A DNA stretch of 64,000 bases, from the NCBI GenBank assembly GCA_963749155.1, contig CAVVLO010000001.1, positions 352,001 to 416,000 of the forward strand, in the 5' to 3' direction. The notes beneath the pieces were generated by a model that had not been told where the DNA came from, searched no databases, and saw only the letters and a list, made by a program, of their open reading frames with translations. The position numbers and the translations under genes were made by a program. Positions 51,140-61,368 of the stretch are shown in pieces; the stretch's first letter is position 1, and every line of letters starts with the position of its first letter. This stretch comes from an uncultured Armatimonadia bacterium. GTDB taxonomy: Bacteria > Armatimonadota > Zipacnadia > CAVVLO01.

Positions 51140-52831
51140 TTACTTGAATTGGAACCCATACAGCTTGGTCGCGCGCGCCTCGATATGCAGTCTGAGGGGC
51201 CTGCCAGCGAGAGCTGACAGGTCGCTTGCTCCCTTCCACGAGACCACTTTCCGGATGTAGTTGCCGCCGATCTCATCAGAGTCGGCAAGCGCAAAGCCGG
51301 GCAAGGCGTTGCCAGCGGCATCCTGGAGTTCTACCCGCAAGGTGCCTGCCGCCTGGGTGTCGACGTTCAACTCAAGCCGGTTGCCGGAAAAGCTCATCGG
51401 TGGGCTGGTGAACTCTCCCCCGGTGTAGTCGAAATCCAGCGAGACGAAACCATCCAGTCGCTGCCTCGCGCACCAGAGCCTGCCTGCGAAATAACGCTCT
51501 AACTCGGCCCTCGAAAGGTCGTTCAGACTGCCGTGGTGAGTACCCGCCTGGATCACATAGTACTGATAAATCCAGTCACCGAATCTCGCCATCCCCAGTA
51601 GCATAAAGTTGTAGTCGCGTGTGCACTCGGTCGAAAGACCAGGCGCGAGGTAGGGTTTGCGCTCAGGACGCATCCAGAAGACGCCATCTCGGCTGCATGC
51701 AAACTGGGTCACCAGTGGCCCATCATTCCCGTCCAGTCCCACGGGCGGCGGGGTATGCCGATACAGCGGAGGGAAGCCGAGATACACGTCCTCTGCCCAC
51801 GGATACTTGTGCGGGCAAAGCTGGTAGAAGTCGCTGTCCGGCGGATCCTGCGCATCTGGCCCCCAAACGAAATCCGGTGGCTGGGTCCAGGTGCTGTAGA
51901 TATCGTCCAGCTCGACCCGAGAGGTGCCCCGGCTCTGACTGGTTGGCGTCACGAAAACGTCTTTGCTGCCTGTCAGAATCTCGGCTGCGCGCGGCGCTGC
52001 TTCGATGACGCGCGTAAGTCCGCCCCGGCGCTCATAGGCCACATACTTGCCAAGCCGGTCATCCCACCAGGCGGGGATTGGCGTTTCGACATTATCATTG
52101 GTCAGCATATTGGGCTTGCGCGTGAAGCTCTTGCCATCAGGAGAAACCCAGAGCGCCAGGCCCTGCTCTGCCGGTCCCTGCGGATTGTCCAGCATCATTG
52201 GGGTGTTCTCGCTCGTAATCAGCTTCCAGCGTTCCTCGGGCGGGCAAGCGGGATTTGTGTCGTAGAAGGGAGTTGCTTCCACCCGGCCTGTCAGCACGAC
52301 ATTATTGGCTGTCGAGCCCTTACGCTCGAACAACCCAAGCTCGGGTCGAGTGAATTGCAACCCGTCGGTTGATTCATAAAGGCGCAGTGTAACGTCCCTG
52401 ACAGGGGGCAACTCGCCTCTGGATCGCTCAGGCCAGCGCTGAATGCGCCCCGCCATAAAATCAGAGATTACCGGGCCATAATCCTCCAGCCGGCAAGCGT
52501 AGATCCGCACTGGTCCATCGGCTTCAGTCTGGACGAGGGTCGAATAGGCGAAATACTCTTCCTCATACCCTTTGCCAGGCAACACGGGGAAGGTCTCGCG
52601 GGGGGGATTTACCCCAAGCTGGCAGCCGGTGCCGTCTTCGATGAACCGGTGGTCGATGAAGAGCTGCTTCCTGTCACCGACATCCCATATAGCAGGAGGA
52701 GGAGCAATCTCATATTCGACCTGTGCCAGCGCAAAACCTGCGACCGCAATCAGCAAGAGAGCAAGCTGGGTTGGCACCAGCACTGCCACCAGTCCTGCAA
52801 TCAGCAGTTGAACCACCAGGCGCCCTCTCAT
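51140..52831 (-). CDS. Secreted or anchored beta-propeller glycoside-hydrolase-like protein (GH32/43-type Asp-box repeats)
   Basis: QLFID...IE; repeated S.DG..F/W (ESTDGLQF, VSPDGKSF, CSRDGVFW); RLDGFVS and C-terminal LY.FQF. Confidence 0.65.
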   Translation of the reverse strand: MRGRLVVQLLIAGLVAVLVPTQLALLLIAVAGFALAQVEYEIAPPPAIWDVGDRKQLFIDHRFIEDGTGCQLGVNPPRETFPVLPGKGYEEEYFAYSTLVQTEADGPVRIYACRLEDYGPVISDFMAGRIQRWPERSRGELPPVRDVTLRLYESTDGLQFTRPELGLFERKGSTANNVVLTGRVEATPFYDTNPACPPEERWKLITSENTPMMLDNPQGPAEQGLALWVSPDGKSFTRKPNMLTNDNVETPIPAWWDDRLGKYVAYERRGGLTRVIEAAPRAAEILTGSKDVFVTPTSQSRGTSRVELDDIYSTWTQPPDFVWGPDAQDPPDSDFYQLCPHKYPWAEDVYLGFPPLYRHTPPPVGLDGNDGPLVTQFACSRDGVFWMRPERKPYLAPGLSTECTRDYNFMLLGMARFGDWIYQYYVIQAGTHHGSLNDLSRAELERYFAGRLWCARQRLDGFVSLDFDYTGGEFTSPPMSFSGNRLELNVDTQAAGTLRVELQDAAGNALPGFALADSDEIGGNYIRKVVSWKGASDLSALAGRPLRLHIEARATKLYGFQFK

Positions 52832-52918
52832 TGGCGAGTGCCTCCTCGGTTTCCAGAGCTGCCCGAGTGTTCGTCATATGAGCGCGCGCCCCTGCGAAGT
52901 CCGACCTTTTCGGCCTTG

Positions 52919-53737
52919 CTACCCCGCCTGGAAGAGGCCCAGATGCCAAAAGGCGCGGACAGTTAACACGGCGCCGACAGCAGTTATCAGGATTGCGCTC
53001 ACGACCGGTGCCCACGAGACCGCTCTGCTGTTCGCCTCAAGGCGTTTGCTGGCAAAGTTGGCGGCTTTCACCATAACGATGCCAATTGCAACTAATACGG
53101 CTGCCATCCCCAGGCTGAAGATAAGCACCAGGCTGAGCCCCTTCATGAATTCACCATACGCCACCGCTGCAAGCAGCACCGTCAGGGCCGCAGGGCAGGG
53201 CACGATACCACCGGAGATACCCAGTGCTACCAGTTGGCCAAGTGAAGGACGTTCGCCGGGCTTTACCTCGGGCGCGCGGGGATGAGAGTGGCTCTCTCCA
53301 CCCCAATGACTGTGGCCAGCCTCTGTTTCGTGAGAGTGATGATGGTCGTGGTCATGCGTCAGACCCTGGGCGTGCAGCTCTTCATGCGAGAGCTGCTCGT
53401 GTTCGTGGTGGTGATCATCGCCTGCCTTTGCTTGCCGCAGCCGCACGGTCAACATCCAGCCCCCGACGAGGATGACCAGCAGTCCAGAAACCACCTCTAG
53501 CACCTGGCCGACCGTTTCGGGAACAAAGTAGGCCGCGGCCACAGTCGAGAGCACTCCCAGCAGTATCACGCTGCCGGAGTGAGTAAGAGTGACCACGATC
53601 CCAAGCAATATTGCATCACTAATGCGGCCTTTGGAGCCTATCAGATAAGCGCCAACGACCGTCTTGCCATGCCCAGGCTCCAGTGCATGGGCCGCGCCTA
53701 GCCCGAACGAGCCCAGGGCAAGCCAAATAAACTCCAT
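52919..53737 (-). CDS. rcnA: RcnA-like nickel/cobalt efflux permease
   Basis: LG..HALEPGHGKT, His-rich central loop, G..GG.VPCPAAL.VL, FS.G.A..L. Confidence 0.88.
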   Translation of the reverse strand: MEFIWLALGSFGLGAAHALEPGHGKTVVGAYLIGSKGRISDAILLGIVVTLTHSGSVILLGVLSTVAAAYFVPETVGQVLEVVSGLLVILVGGWMLTVRLRQAKAGDDHHHEHEQLSHEELHAQGLTHDHDHHHSHETEAGHSHWGGESHSHPRAPEVKPGERPSLGQLVALGISGGIVPCPAALTVLLAAVAYGEFMKGLSLVLIFSLGMAAVLVAIGIVMVKAANFASKRLEANSRAVSWAPVVSAILITAVGAVLTVRAFWHLGLFQAG

Positions 53738-53751
53738 TTCAGGTCCTCCAA

Positions 53752-54033
53752 TCAGGTGATGAAACGTTCCAGTGCCTCGCGCAGCTCCAGAAGATGCGCT
53801 TCTACATCGCCGTCAGCTACTGAATCCAGCACGCAATGCTCCAGATGGTCCGACAGTAGTAGCTTGGCCGCTTTGTCCAAGGCTGACCGGATGGCTGAAA
53901 GCTGGATGAGTACTTCAGGGCATGACCTGCCCTCCTGTACCATCCGTTTCACTGCACCTACATGACCCTCGACACGGGCTAGTCTTGCGACAATCTGCTT
54001 TGTCTTGGTATGCGGATGAGTATGCTCTGCCAT
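53752..54033 (-). CDS. CsoR/RcnR-family metal-sensing repressor (InrS-like H-C-H-C fingerprint)
   Basis: HTHPH N-terminus, RL.R.EGH, C.EVL.Q..A.R.AL and H...C. Confidence 0.92.
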   Translation of the reverse strand: MAEHTHPHTKTKQIVARLARVEGHVGAVKRMVQEGRSCPEVLIQLSAIRSALDKAAKLLLSDHLEHCVLDSVADGDVEAHLLELREALERFIT

Positions 54034-54043
54034 AACAGCCTCC

Positions 54044-54062
54044 TATCCCCCCAGGGGGGATA
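54044..54062. promoter_or_regulatory. CsoR/RcnR-type operator
   Basis: Perfect palindrome TATCCCCCC-A-GGGGGGATA adjacent to the repressor RBS; C/G tracts with AT flanks are typical of this family. Confidence 0.85.
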
Positions 54063-54119
54063 TATTGACCATACAGCAAGTGGACAAGGGTAGTCAAGGT
54101 AGTAAGCGACTGCGGGTGA

Positions 54120-54167
54120 TCCGGCGAAGCCGCTAGTGGGGGATTACCGGCGGCAACTTGCTCCGCC
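54120..54167 (+). repeat. Partial or variant REP-like family A copy
   Basis: TCCGGCGAAGCCGCTAGTGGGGG is the reverse complement of the 46575/49960 arm, followed by a different hairpin. Confidence 0.7.
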
Positions 54168-54180
54168 TCGTGAGCTTGCC

Positions 54181-55503
54181 TTACTGTGCCCTTACCTGCA
54201 GCACCCAGTCGCCCTCGCCTGGTGTAATGAAGTCGCGCGCGCCGCCGGCGTGATCGAAGCGTTCCTTATCTGCCCAGCTTGCTGTGCGAGGGTTCCACCA
54301 GCGGGCCTCGTAGCGGCCGGGTTCAAGGCTTAGCCCCTTGTCGCCGCCCTTCGGGAAGTAAGCCACGTACTCGACGCCCGGCTGGGCCATACAGTAGCCA
54401 TCGCCAGTCGTCACGAGGCTGCGGTTCGGTGCCGCGTGGACGAAATCCCACTTCGAGGCGCGCAGCCACTTCTGCATCAACTCTACCTGCTCGACAGGCC
54501 TGGCCTCAGGGGTTGGATCCTCGATATGGTAGTTGCCGCCCGACATCAGGATGGTCCAGACCATCTGCCGCAGCACGTCCGGGTCGCCCAGCCCGTTGGC
54601 GAACTCGTCGACATTCATCGCCTTGCCGCGCTGCCAGTGGGGCTCCAGGTAGCGGTTGAGCTGGTCGGGATTCACTTCTTGACTTCGCCCACAGTGCCAG
54701 TTGATGATGTCCAGCTCCGGCACGTCATAGCACGCTTCGAGGTCGCTCTGTAGACTGCTGTAAGAGACCAGCCTCGGCCGGTCGGGGTAGTGCTCGGTCA
54801 GGTAGCTCTTGATAAACCGCGCCCAGTGGATGGCCCAGTCCGGGTGAGCCCAGGTGAGATGCTCGTTCTCAATCTCATACAAGATGCACTGATACTGACA
54901 GGTCTCGTCCAGGAACTTGCTGACCCATCGCTGCTGGTACCTTGCCAGCCTGGGACGGTTCTCCCACTGGTAGAAGTCTGGCGTACCCGAACTGCTTGCC
55001 GGCGGTGTCTCGATTCGGTTGATATTGTTGTCGCTGGCCCAGGGGTTGCCCTGCCAGCGGTTGGGGGCTGGCGGGTTCATACCGCAGCGGTCGAAGAGAT
55101 GCGGTTCTGCATAGGCCCCGAGCTCATCTGCCAGCGCGAGCGCCCCGCGCATCCGCTTCCAGTATTCGGGATTCCACCGGTTGAGGTCGAGTTTGTTGCC
55201 GCCCATTGGCGCGCCGGGGACGCTGCTGCGCTCCCACGGCCAGATGGCGCTCTCGCCCGCCCACGGCAGGAAATGCCAGATGCGCCAATACAGCACGTCG
55301 TGTTTGGCCTGCTCGCGCGCATCTGCCTGCCAGTCAAAATCGTGCGAGGTTGGCACCAGCCCACCGCAACTGGCGAATAGCACTGGCTTGCCCGTCTGCG
55401 TCTCAAGGAAGTAATGCGGGTTCTCAGGATGCAGCACCAGATAGCCGCAGGCCTGTCCGGTCAGTACGCCAAGTAGAATCCCAACTAGCCAAAAGCTTCT
55501 CAT
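54181..55503 (-). CDS. Secreted DUF4038/DUF6298-like TIM-barrel protein with a C-terminal putative collagen-binding-type domain
   Basis: Signal peptide MRSFWLVGILLG; NP.YF...GKP, DL..WN..YW.R, YEI.NE and W.NPRT......F..P..GDWVL. Confidence 0.7.
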   Translation of the reverse strand: MRSFWLVGILLGVLTGQACGYLVLHPENPHYFLETQTGKPVLFASCGGLVPTSHDFDWQADAREQAKHDVLYWRIWHFLPWAGESAIWPWERSSVPGAPMGGNKLDLNRWNPEYWKRMRGALALADELGAYAEPHLFDRCGMNPPAPNRWQGNPWASDNNINRIETPPASSSGTPDFYQWENRPRLARYQQRWVSKFLDETCQYQCILYEIENEHLTWAHPDWAIHWARFIKSYLTEHYPDRPRLVSYSSLQSDLEACYDVPELDIINWHCGRSQEVNPDQLNRYLEPHWQRGKAMNVDEFANGLGDPDVLRQMVWTILMSGGNYHIEDPTPEARPVEQVELMQKWLRASKWDFVHAAPNRSLVTTGDGYCMAQPGVEYVAYFPKGGDKGLSLEPGRYEARWWNPRTASWADKERFDHAGGARDFITPGEGDWVLQVRAQ

Positions 55504-55538
55504 CGCCCTCACTCCATCCGCTGCTCCACTCGGCTGGC

Positions 55539-55566
55539 GTGTTTCGGGAGTCTCTGCTCCCGAAAC
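55539..55566 (+). repeat. REP-like family B palindrome
   Basis: GTGTTTCGGGAG-TCTCTG-CTCCCGAAAC. Confidence 0.85.
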
Positions 55567-55591
55567 CCAGCCGACACGCAGCGCCCGGTCT

Positions 55592-56647
55592 TCACTCCTC
55601 AATATTGTCCTTAACAACGCACCCAGTCGCCTCACCGAGCACCAGCGCCGCTTCTGTGTTGTTCAGGAGGAAATTGTCCTTGATCAGCCAGCCGTGGCAC
55701 CCGCGCGCCAGCACCAGGCTGGACTTGTGTTTGTAGTCTTTTGCGTTCCAGCTAAAGACCTGGTTGCTGGAGAAGAGCGTCTGTTTCGCATCGAAAGCCT
55801 CGACGGCTGGCCACTTGCCTGACTCGCCCATCGAGTTGGTGTGGAAGGTGTTGCCGAGGAAGATATTGAGCCAGTTGTCCCAGCCCCCCTCGGGGTCGCC
55901 GATGATGACGCCTTGCTCATAGCTCATCTCGAACCGGTTGTTCTCGACGCGATTGTAGTTGGAGCCTGGCCCCAGCCTGAAGGCCACCCGGTTGCTCCAG
56001 TGGTAGTTCATCGAATAGGTGCCGGCCGAGGAATATTCGAGTCGCGCCCCGGTCTGCGGCGCGTTTTCGCCCTCTCGACTGTGCGCTCCGAACTGGTTGC
56101 CGACGATGTAGAAGTCATTGTTGCGACTGCTGTAGAGCTGGTCCTGCCCGTTGTCTATGAAGTGGCAGTTGCTGACTGTGTTGGACGACTGAGAACCCTT
56201 ATCAGCGGTTCCCTCGAACCTTAGGCCGCTCTCCGCGAAACTTGTTAGCCTGCAGAAGTCCACCACATTCGAGCCACAGGCGCCTTCGAAGACAATTCCC
56301 GCCCCTTCAGTGGCCGTTGGATCGCCGTGGATCATCATATTCCGCACGGCCGAGAAGCTGCAGTCCACGAACCTGATGGCATCGCCCGGGCCTTGACGCC
56401 GCAGCACCGTGCCCCAGCCGAGGCCTGAGACAGTGATGGAATGGGCCCCTCGAAACAGCAGCGTCCCCTCAAGCAAATAGGTGCCGGGGTGGATTATAAT
56501 CGTCCCGCCATCTTTCGGCATCGCCGCCGCCGCCGCCACCAGCTCCTCGGCGGTATTTACCTCGAAATATCGCACTGGCGCCTGCGCAAGAGCCAGATTC
56601 ATTACAGCCATCAGCCCTGCCAGTGCCACTAGCCAAACAAGCCTCAT
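55592..56647 (-). CDS. Secreted right-handed parallel beta-helix (pectin-lyase-like) protein
   Basis: Signal peptide; GGTI.I.PGTY, G.G.GT.L and repeated Asn-ladder motifs (VSNCHF.DN, I.GNQF, VENNRF, FLGNTF). Confidence 0.8.
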   Translation of the reverse strand: MRLVWLVALAGLMAVMNLALAQAPVRYFEVNTAEELVAAAAAMPKDGGTIIIHPGTYLLEGTLLFRGAHSITVSGLGWGTVLRRQGPGDAIRFVDCSFSAVRNMMIHGDPTATEGAGIVFEGACGSNVVDFCRLTSFAESGLRFEGTADKGSQSSNTVSNCHFIDNGQDQLYSSRNNDFYIVGNQFGAHSREGENAPQTGARLEYSSAGTYSMNYHWSNRVAFRLGPGSNYNRVENNRFEMSYEQGVIIGDPEGGWDNWLNIFLGNTFHTNSMGESGKWPAVEAFDAKQTLFSSNQVFSWNAKDYKHKSSLVLARGCHGWLIKDNFLLNNTEAALVLGEATGCVVKDNIEE

Positions 56648-56652
56648 AGCTT

Positions 56653-58503
56653 CTACTCCTTGATTGTAACAGTCAGTTCTGCTCCGGGCGCCAGGTCGAA
56701 CCCCAACACCAGGTGGTACTCTCCGGCGGTGTTCCAGGCCAGGGTTGTCTCCTTCGCGTTTGTCTCCAGCCTGGCCGGGTCGGGATGGCGGGTGAATTCT
56801 TCGGGCAGGCCCCACAAGGCGATTGCATAATCCATCTGACTCGCTTCAGTATCCATCCTCAGCTTCAAGGTCAGCCCGGCCTCGGTCTGCTGCCAGCGTG
56901 TACGCTCGACGCGCACCTGGGGCGTTGGGTGGAACTTGATTAGGCTGCCCTCGGGCGTGAGTTCGCTTTCCTGGCGTGTATAGTCGAACCACCAGATAGG
57001 AGTTGGACACTCTCGCTCGAACCTCAGTTGCCGTTTCTGGTCCTCTATCAGCAGGTATTCGGTCGACCGGGGATCTTTGTAGACATAAGTAAGCAGGTCC
57101 CGGAAGGCCTCAAGCGTCTGCGCGCGCGTCTCCCACGGGATGCGCTCACTCGTGACCAGCACCCGGTCGCCCGCGTAACCTGCAAGCCACCAGTGGTCAT
57201 AGTCGAGATGGTCAGTCCGACTGACAAATACTGTCCTCGGAGTCGCCTCATAATGGTTGCGATAGTAATCAGCCACATCCAGTGAACGCGCATAGACCAG
57301 CTTGAACTCCGATGGATAAGTGAAGGCCATCCGCCCGATATAGCGTTCGAGGTAACTCACCATCCCCGGCAGGTCCCAGGCCTCGCCCATGAAGTGGCTT
57401 GGGGGATAGTCTATCGGCTCGCCCTGCGCCCCGCCGAACAGGGGCATCAGACACCGCCGGATGACCGCTCATCCTGGCCAGATTCTCGCCTTCTCGAAGC
57501 GCCTGCCTGAGGCACTTGTCAGTCTCCTCGAAGTTGCCCTCGGCCACCTGGTAATGCCAGGGCGGCGGCCCAAGGAAATGCCAGCCCCCGCAGAAGTCCC
57601 ATTGGTGCGCGATCAGCTCTCCGCTGGTCGCCTGGTTCGGCTTGCGCTCGTCCAGTGGCGAGGCGAAGTAAGGGAACTCCGGCATCCCCAGCCACGGCCC
57701 ACCGTTTGACTCCCACATCCCGCCCTGGTCGTTAACTCCAAGCTGTATCAGCGCCTTGGCATAACCCGGCTCAAGCGGATGAAACTGCGGCACCTGCACT
57801 GCGCGCGCATCGCCCGGGTCAGGCAGCACTCCTCGCGCCCGGTCGAGGTCCGCGCCCCACTGGGCCAGGCGCTCTTCCGTGGAAAGGTCCGGCGTGTCCT
57901 GGAGCAGCGGCACGACACCATCGCCGAAGCGCCGTTGATAATCTGATATCAATACGCACTCCGGGTCATCTGCCGAAAAGCGATTTGCTTCGAGTCGGTA
58001 TTCGATTGCGATACCTGTCGCGTGGTAGTTGGGCCGCCAGTCCCCGCCCGTCGTGTAGCGCACCACTACGTATTCGTCTGTGACCACTGCGAAATAACGA
58101 TAAAGCTTCTCCCCGCCCACGGTCCACCGAGCCAGGTAGTTGCCAGGCTCTTTCGGGGTATAGGTGATACTCGCTCTGCCACCTTCGAACTCCAGCGGCA
58201 CGCCCGGTGAGGGAGACGCCTCCAGCCAGTCGAGGTTGCCGTCATCTTTGAAGCCTTCGGCGCGACCGCTGGATTGTTCGAGATACCTGGGAAAGACCAC
58301 CAACTCGCCAGGCGCCATTCCTTCGGGCAGATAGAAGCGGAAGTCGATACTTTCTCCCAGCTTGATGAGCCTCGGTCCAGTGAGCCATTGCGATTTGAGC
58401 CAGTTGCCCCGCCGGTGGCTCAACCTGCGCTAGCCCTGCGACCTGTGAGCCAGCTTGCCATCATCATCACCAATCCTGTCCAAAGGAGGTATGGCTTTCT
58501 CAT
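56653..58503 (-). CDS. Hypothetical protein, probably secreted; frameshifts near 57450 and 58400-58450
   Basis: GGAGG RBS and signal-like MRKPYLLWTGLVMMMASWL at 58503; ORFs 57269-58423 and 56653-57447 chain; PWLGMPEFPYF.S and HQWDFCGGWHFLGP. Confidence 0.6.
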
Positions 58504-58603
58504 AATGCCTCCTGCAACCTGCCTCTCGGCCCTTCCTTTGCTTTACCCGCAGGGCTCCAGGCTCCTAGGCCGAATTCTCCCTCCACCGAAGGAGGCCTGC
58601 CGG

Positions 58604-60068
58604 ATGCTTCAGCGATTAAGTCTGGGTGTTCTATTACTGGTGTTGCTTGCCCGGGCTAGCCTGTGCCGTGCCAGGCCAGCCCCAGGTCGCTACTTATCTC
58701 TTCTACTGGTACAACTCCGACCGGGGTATCGGCTTCCAGAATGCCCAGGGCAAGCACTTGCTGACCCATCATCCCTGGAATCCTGTCGGTTATTCCTGGG
58801 ACAATCCCGACTGGTATTATCGCGAACTAAAAGATATGGCAAGCGCAGGTATTGATATTGTCTTGCCAGTCTACTGGGGCTACCCCGGTGGAGAAGAGAC
58901 CTGGTCCTTCGTTGGCCTTGCGCCTCTCGTCGAGGCTGAGCGCCGCCTGCTGGCCGAGGGTGTGAAAGCGCCGAAAATCGGGCTCTTCGAGAGCGGCGCC
59001 GGTCTGGTTCATAACCAGAGCAACTATCAGGCCGACTTTACCACCGAAGAGGGCAGAGAGTGGCTCTATCAGACTGTCAAGCTGTTTTTTGAGCGCATAC
59101 CGCGCGACTTGTGGGCCACTGTAGAAGGCCGCCCGCTGGTCGTGAACTACACCAACGAGCACCGCATCTCTCACGATGACACCTGGCCTGGCTACCTGCG
59201 CGCCCGCTTCGAGCAGGAGTTTGGCGTCCAGCCTTATCTGGTGAAAGACGCAAGCTGGTCAGGGCCTGCCGACAGTGCTTATTGTTGGGGCTCGGCGCTG
59301 TATGGCCCCTCCGATTTTGGCGTTGCAACGCTCGGGCCAGGGTTCGATTCCTCCGCGGTAAATGGCCCGGACGCTCCCAAACGCGACAGGGAGGAGGGCG
59401 CTTTCTATCGTCGCTCCTGGGAGTGGCTTCTTGCGCGTCCCTTCGAGTCGCGCTCGAAACTGGTGCTGCTCGAGACCTGGAACGAACTTTTCGAGGGCAC
59501 CGATCTTTGCCACAGTCATGAATATGGTCGCGATTATATCCGCCTGACCCGCCGCTACGCCGAGGCCTTCCACCGAGGCGAGGTCTGGCCTTCGGCCTGG
59601 CTGCCCCTTGAGGCCAGCCTCTCTCTTGGCGAGACGAACACCAGCGCCGGCCTCACCCAGACTGACGTGCCCGATGGCGTAACCGAGCCTGTCGTTGTGG
59701 AGGGCGTTAGCGCTCGCCGCACCCTGGCTACTGATTATGAAGGTCGCTATATGCTGTTTGCGGTGGATGATTTCCTACCCCGAGGGAAGGGAGTTGTAGT
59801 GGAAGTCCAGGTGACCTGCCTGGACGATACCCCAGGCGAGTTGCTGCTCGAATACGACTCTCTAGATACCAGCCTGCCCTACACTGGTCGCTTCAAAAGC
59901 GCCGGCCTCGTCAAGCGAAAGGGCAAGGGAGGCTGGATGACTGCCACTTTCAAGCTCGTAGAACCTGCCTTCGCCAATCGCCTGCACGGGCAGGATATCC
60001 GCCTGGTGGATATCTCCAAAAACCTGACTGTGAAAGCAGTCCAGCTCAAAGTGTTGCGCTGGCGGTAA
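58604..60068 (+). CDS. Secreted DUF5010/GH99-like glycoside hydrolase with a C-terminal beta domain; frameshift in the signal region
   Basis: AAGGAGG RBS and MLQRLSLGVLLLVLLA; YLFYWY, L.DM..AGID, GPGFD, ETWNEL.EGT. Confidence 0.7.
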
Positions 60069-60111
60069 GTGAGTATAATTAAGTTAGCAGTATGCTCCAC
60101 TGGAGGCGCCT

Positions 60112-61368
60112 ATGGCTGGTTCCGGTGATGCCCGTTTTGCCCGTTCGCTACTCAAAACACTGCCTGAGTGGGAGGCCGAAGGCCTCGTCAGTCCCGAGCA
60201 GGCAACCGCTTTGCGCGAGCGATACCAGGTAGACGAGACGACGCATGCCAGGCTCTCTACTGGCACTCGTCTGGCCTGGTTACTCGGCTCCCTGGGCGCA
60301 ATCCTGATCGGCACCGGTGTCGTGATGGTGTTTGCGCGCAACTGGTGGGAGATCCCAATGGCCTTGCGCCTTGGCCTGATACTCCTGCTGATTGGGGGCA
60401 CCTATGCCCTGGGCGACCAGCTTGCCTTGCGTCGCAAGACGAGTCCCGTGATCGGCGCGACACTGCTCTTCCTCGCCACACTCTTCTTTGGCGCTGGCGT
60501 TTTTCTGGTTGGCCAGATGTACCATGTACAGGTGGAATGGGCCCACGGCCTGTTGGTATGGGGACTGGCGGTGCTGCCGCTTGCGTATCTCCTGAGGTCA
60601 GCGCCCATCCTGGCTGAAGCGGTTCTCGCTCTGTCTCTGTGGGTATTCTTCGTGTCAGTCCAGGTAGCCGAAGGAAGGGGCGATGGACAGAATGCCGTCT
60701 TCGGAATTGTATTACTGCTCGGACTTGCGCTCTACGGCCTGGGTCAGGCTCACCAGGCTCGCTGGCCAGAGAAGCGCCTATACCTCCCCCTACTGGTTAT
60801 GGGCACTCCGCTCATAATGCTCTCCCTTTACTTCCTGACTTTCAATCTCAGAGACGACGAATATTCGACTGCAGCCGGCTCCTGGCCTCTTCCCCTGCTG
60901 CCGGTCGTGCTAGGTTTTATCGCACTGGGAACGCTGTTGCTTGACCTCTTCCGTAATTCGGACTCGGTGCCAACTGCCCCTTACACCATCGGCCTGGATG
61001 CCTTGCTCATTGCACTAGGCGCGCTTGGATTCAGCCTGGCTTTCGGTTTCGCTCCCCACTCTAGTCTTGGCGCGCAGGGGCTCTACAACCTGCTTTTCCT
61101 CGTCGCTTCACTGCTCTTTATCGCCGCGGGTACGGAACGCCGCCAGCTTGGTCTGGTGAATTTCGGCCTGGGCGCTTTTGGTCTGTTAGTCATCACACGC
61201 TATTTCGACTGGTTCTGGGGACTGGTGCCGGGCGCGCTTGCCTTCATCGTTGGGGGACTAGTGCTGCTGGGATTGGCTTTTGGCCTCGAGCGGGCTCGCC
61301 GACGCCTTTTACACAGGATGCATCTGAAGCATAAGGCTGCCCCCCTTACAGGAAGTGAGCCCCAATGA
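60112..61368 (+). CDS. DUF2157-family membrane protein
   Basis: W..EGL.S.EQA..L..RY, LGA.L.G.G...F.A.NW..IP, FGA...L.GQ.YH and TRYFD.FW. Confidence 0.88.
   Translation: MAGSGDARFARSLLKTLPEWEAEGLVSPEQATALRERYQVDETTHARLSTGTRLAWLLGSLGAILIGTGVVMVFARNWWEIPMALRLGLILLLIGGTYALGDQLALRRKTSPVIGATLLFLATLFFGAGVFLVGQMYHVQVEWAHGLLVWGLAVLPLAYLLRSAPILAEAVLALSLWVFFVSVQVAEGRGDGQNAVFGIVLLLGLALYGLGQAHQARWPEKRLYLPLLVMGTPLIMLSLYFLTFNLRDDEYSTAAGSWPLPLLPVVLGFIALGTLLLDLFRNSDSVPTAPYTIGLDALLIALGALGFSLAFGFAPHSSLGAQGLYNLLFLVASLLFIAAGTERRQLGLVNFGLGAFGLLVITRYFDWFWGLVPGALAFIVGGLVLLGLAFGLERARRRLLHRMHLKHKAAPLTGSEPQ

Noticed and set aside
35443..55566. Family B palindromes as CRISPR repeats or integron attC sites
   Set aside because: Copies are kilobases apart with no regular spacers, no cas or intI gene, and they are too short and too perfectly paired for attC.
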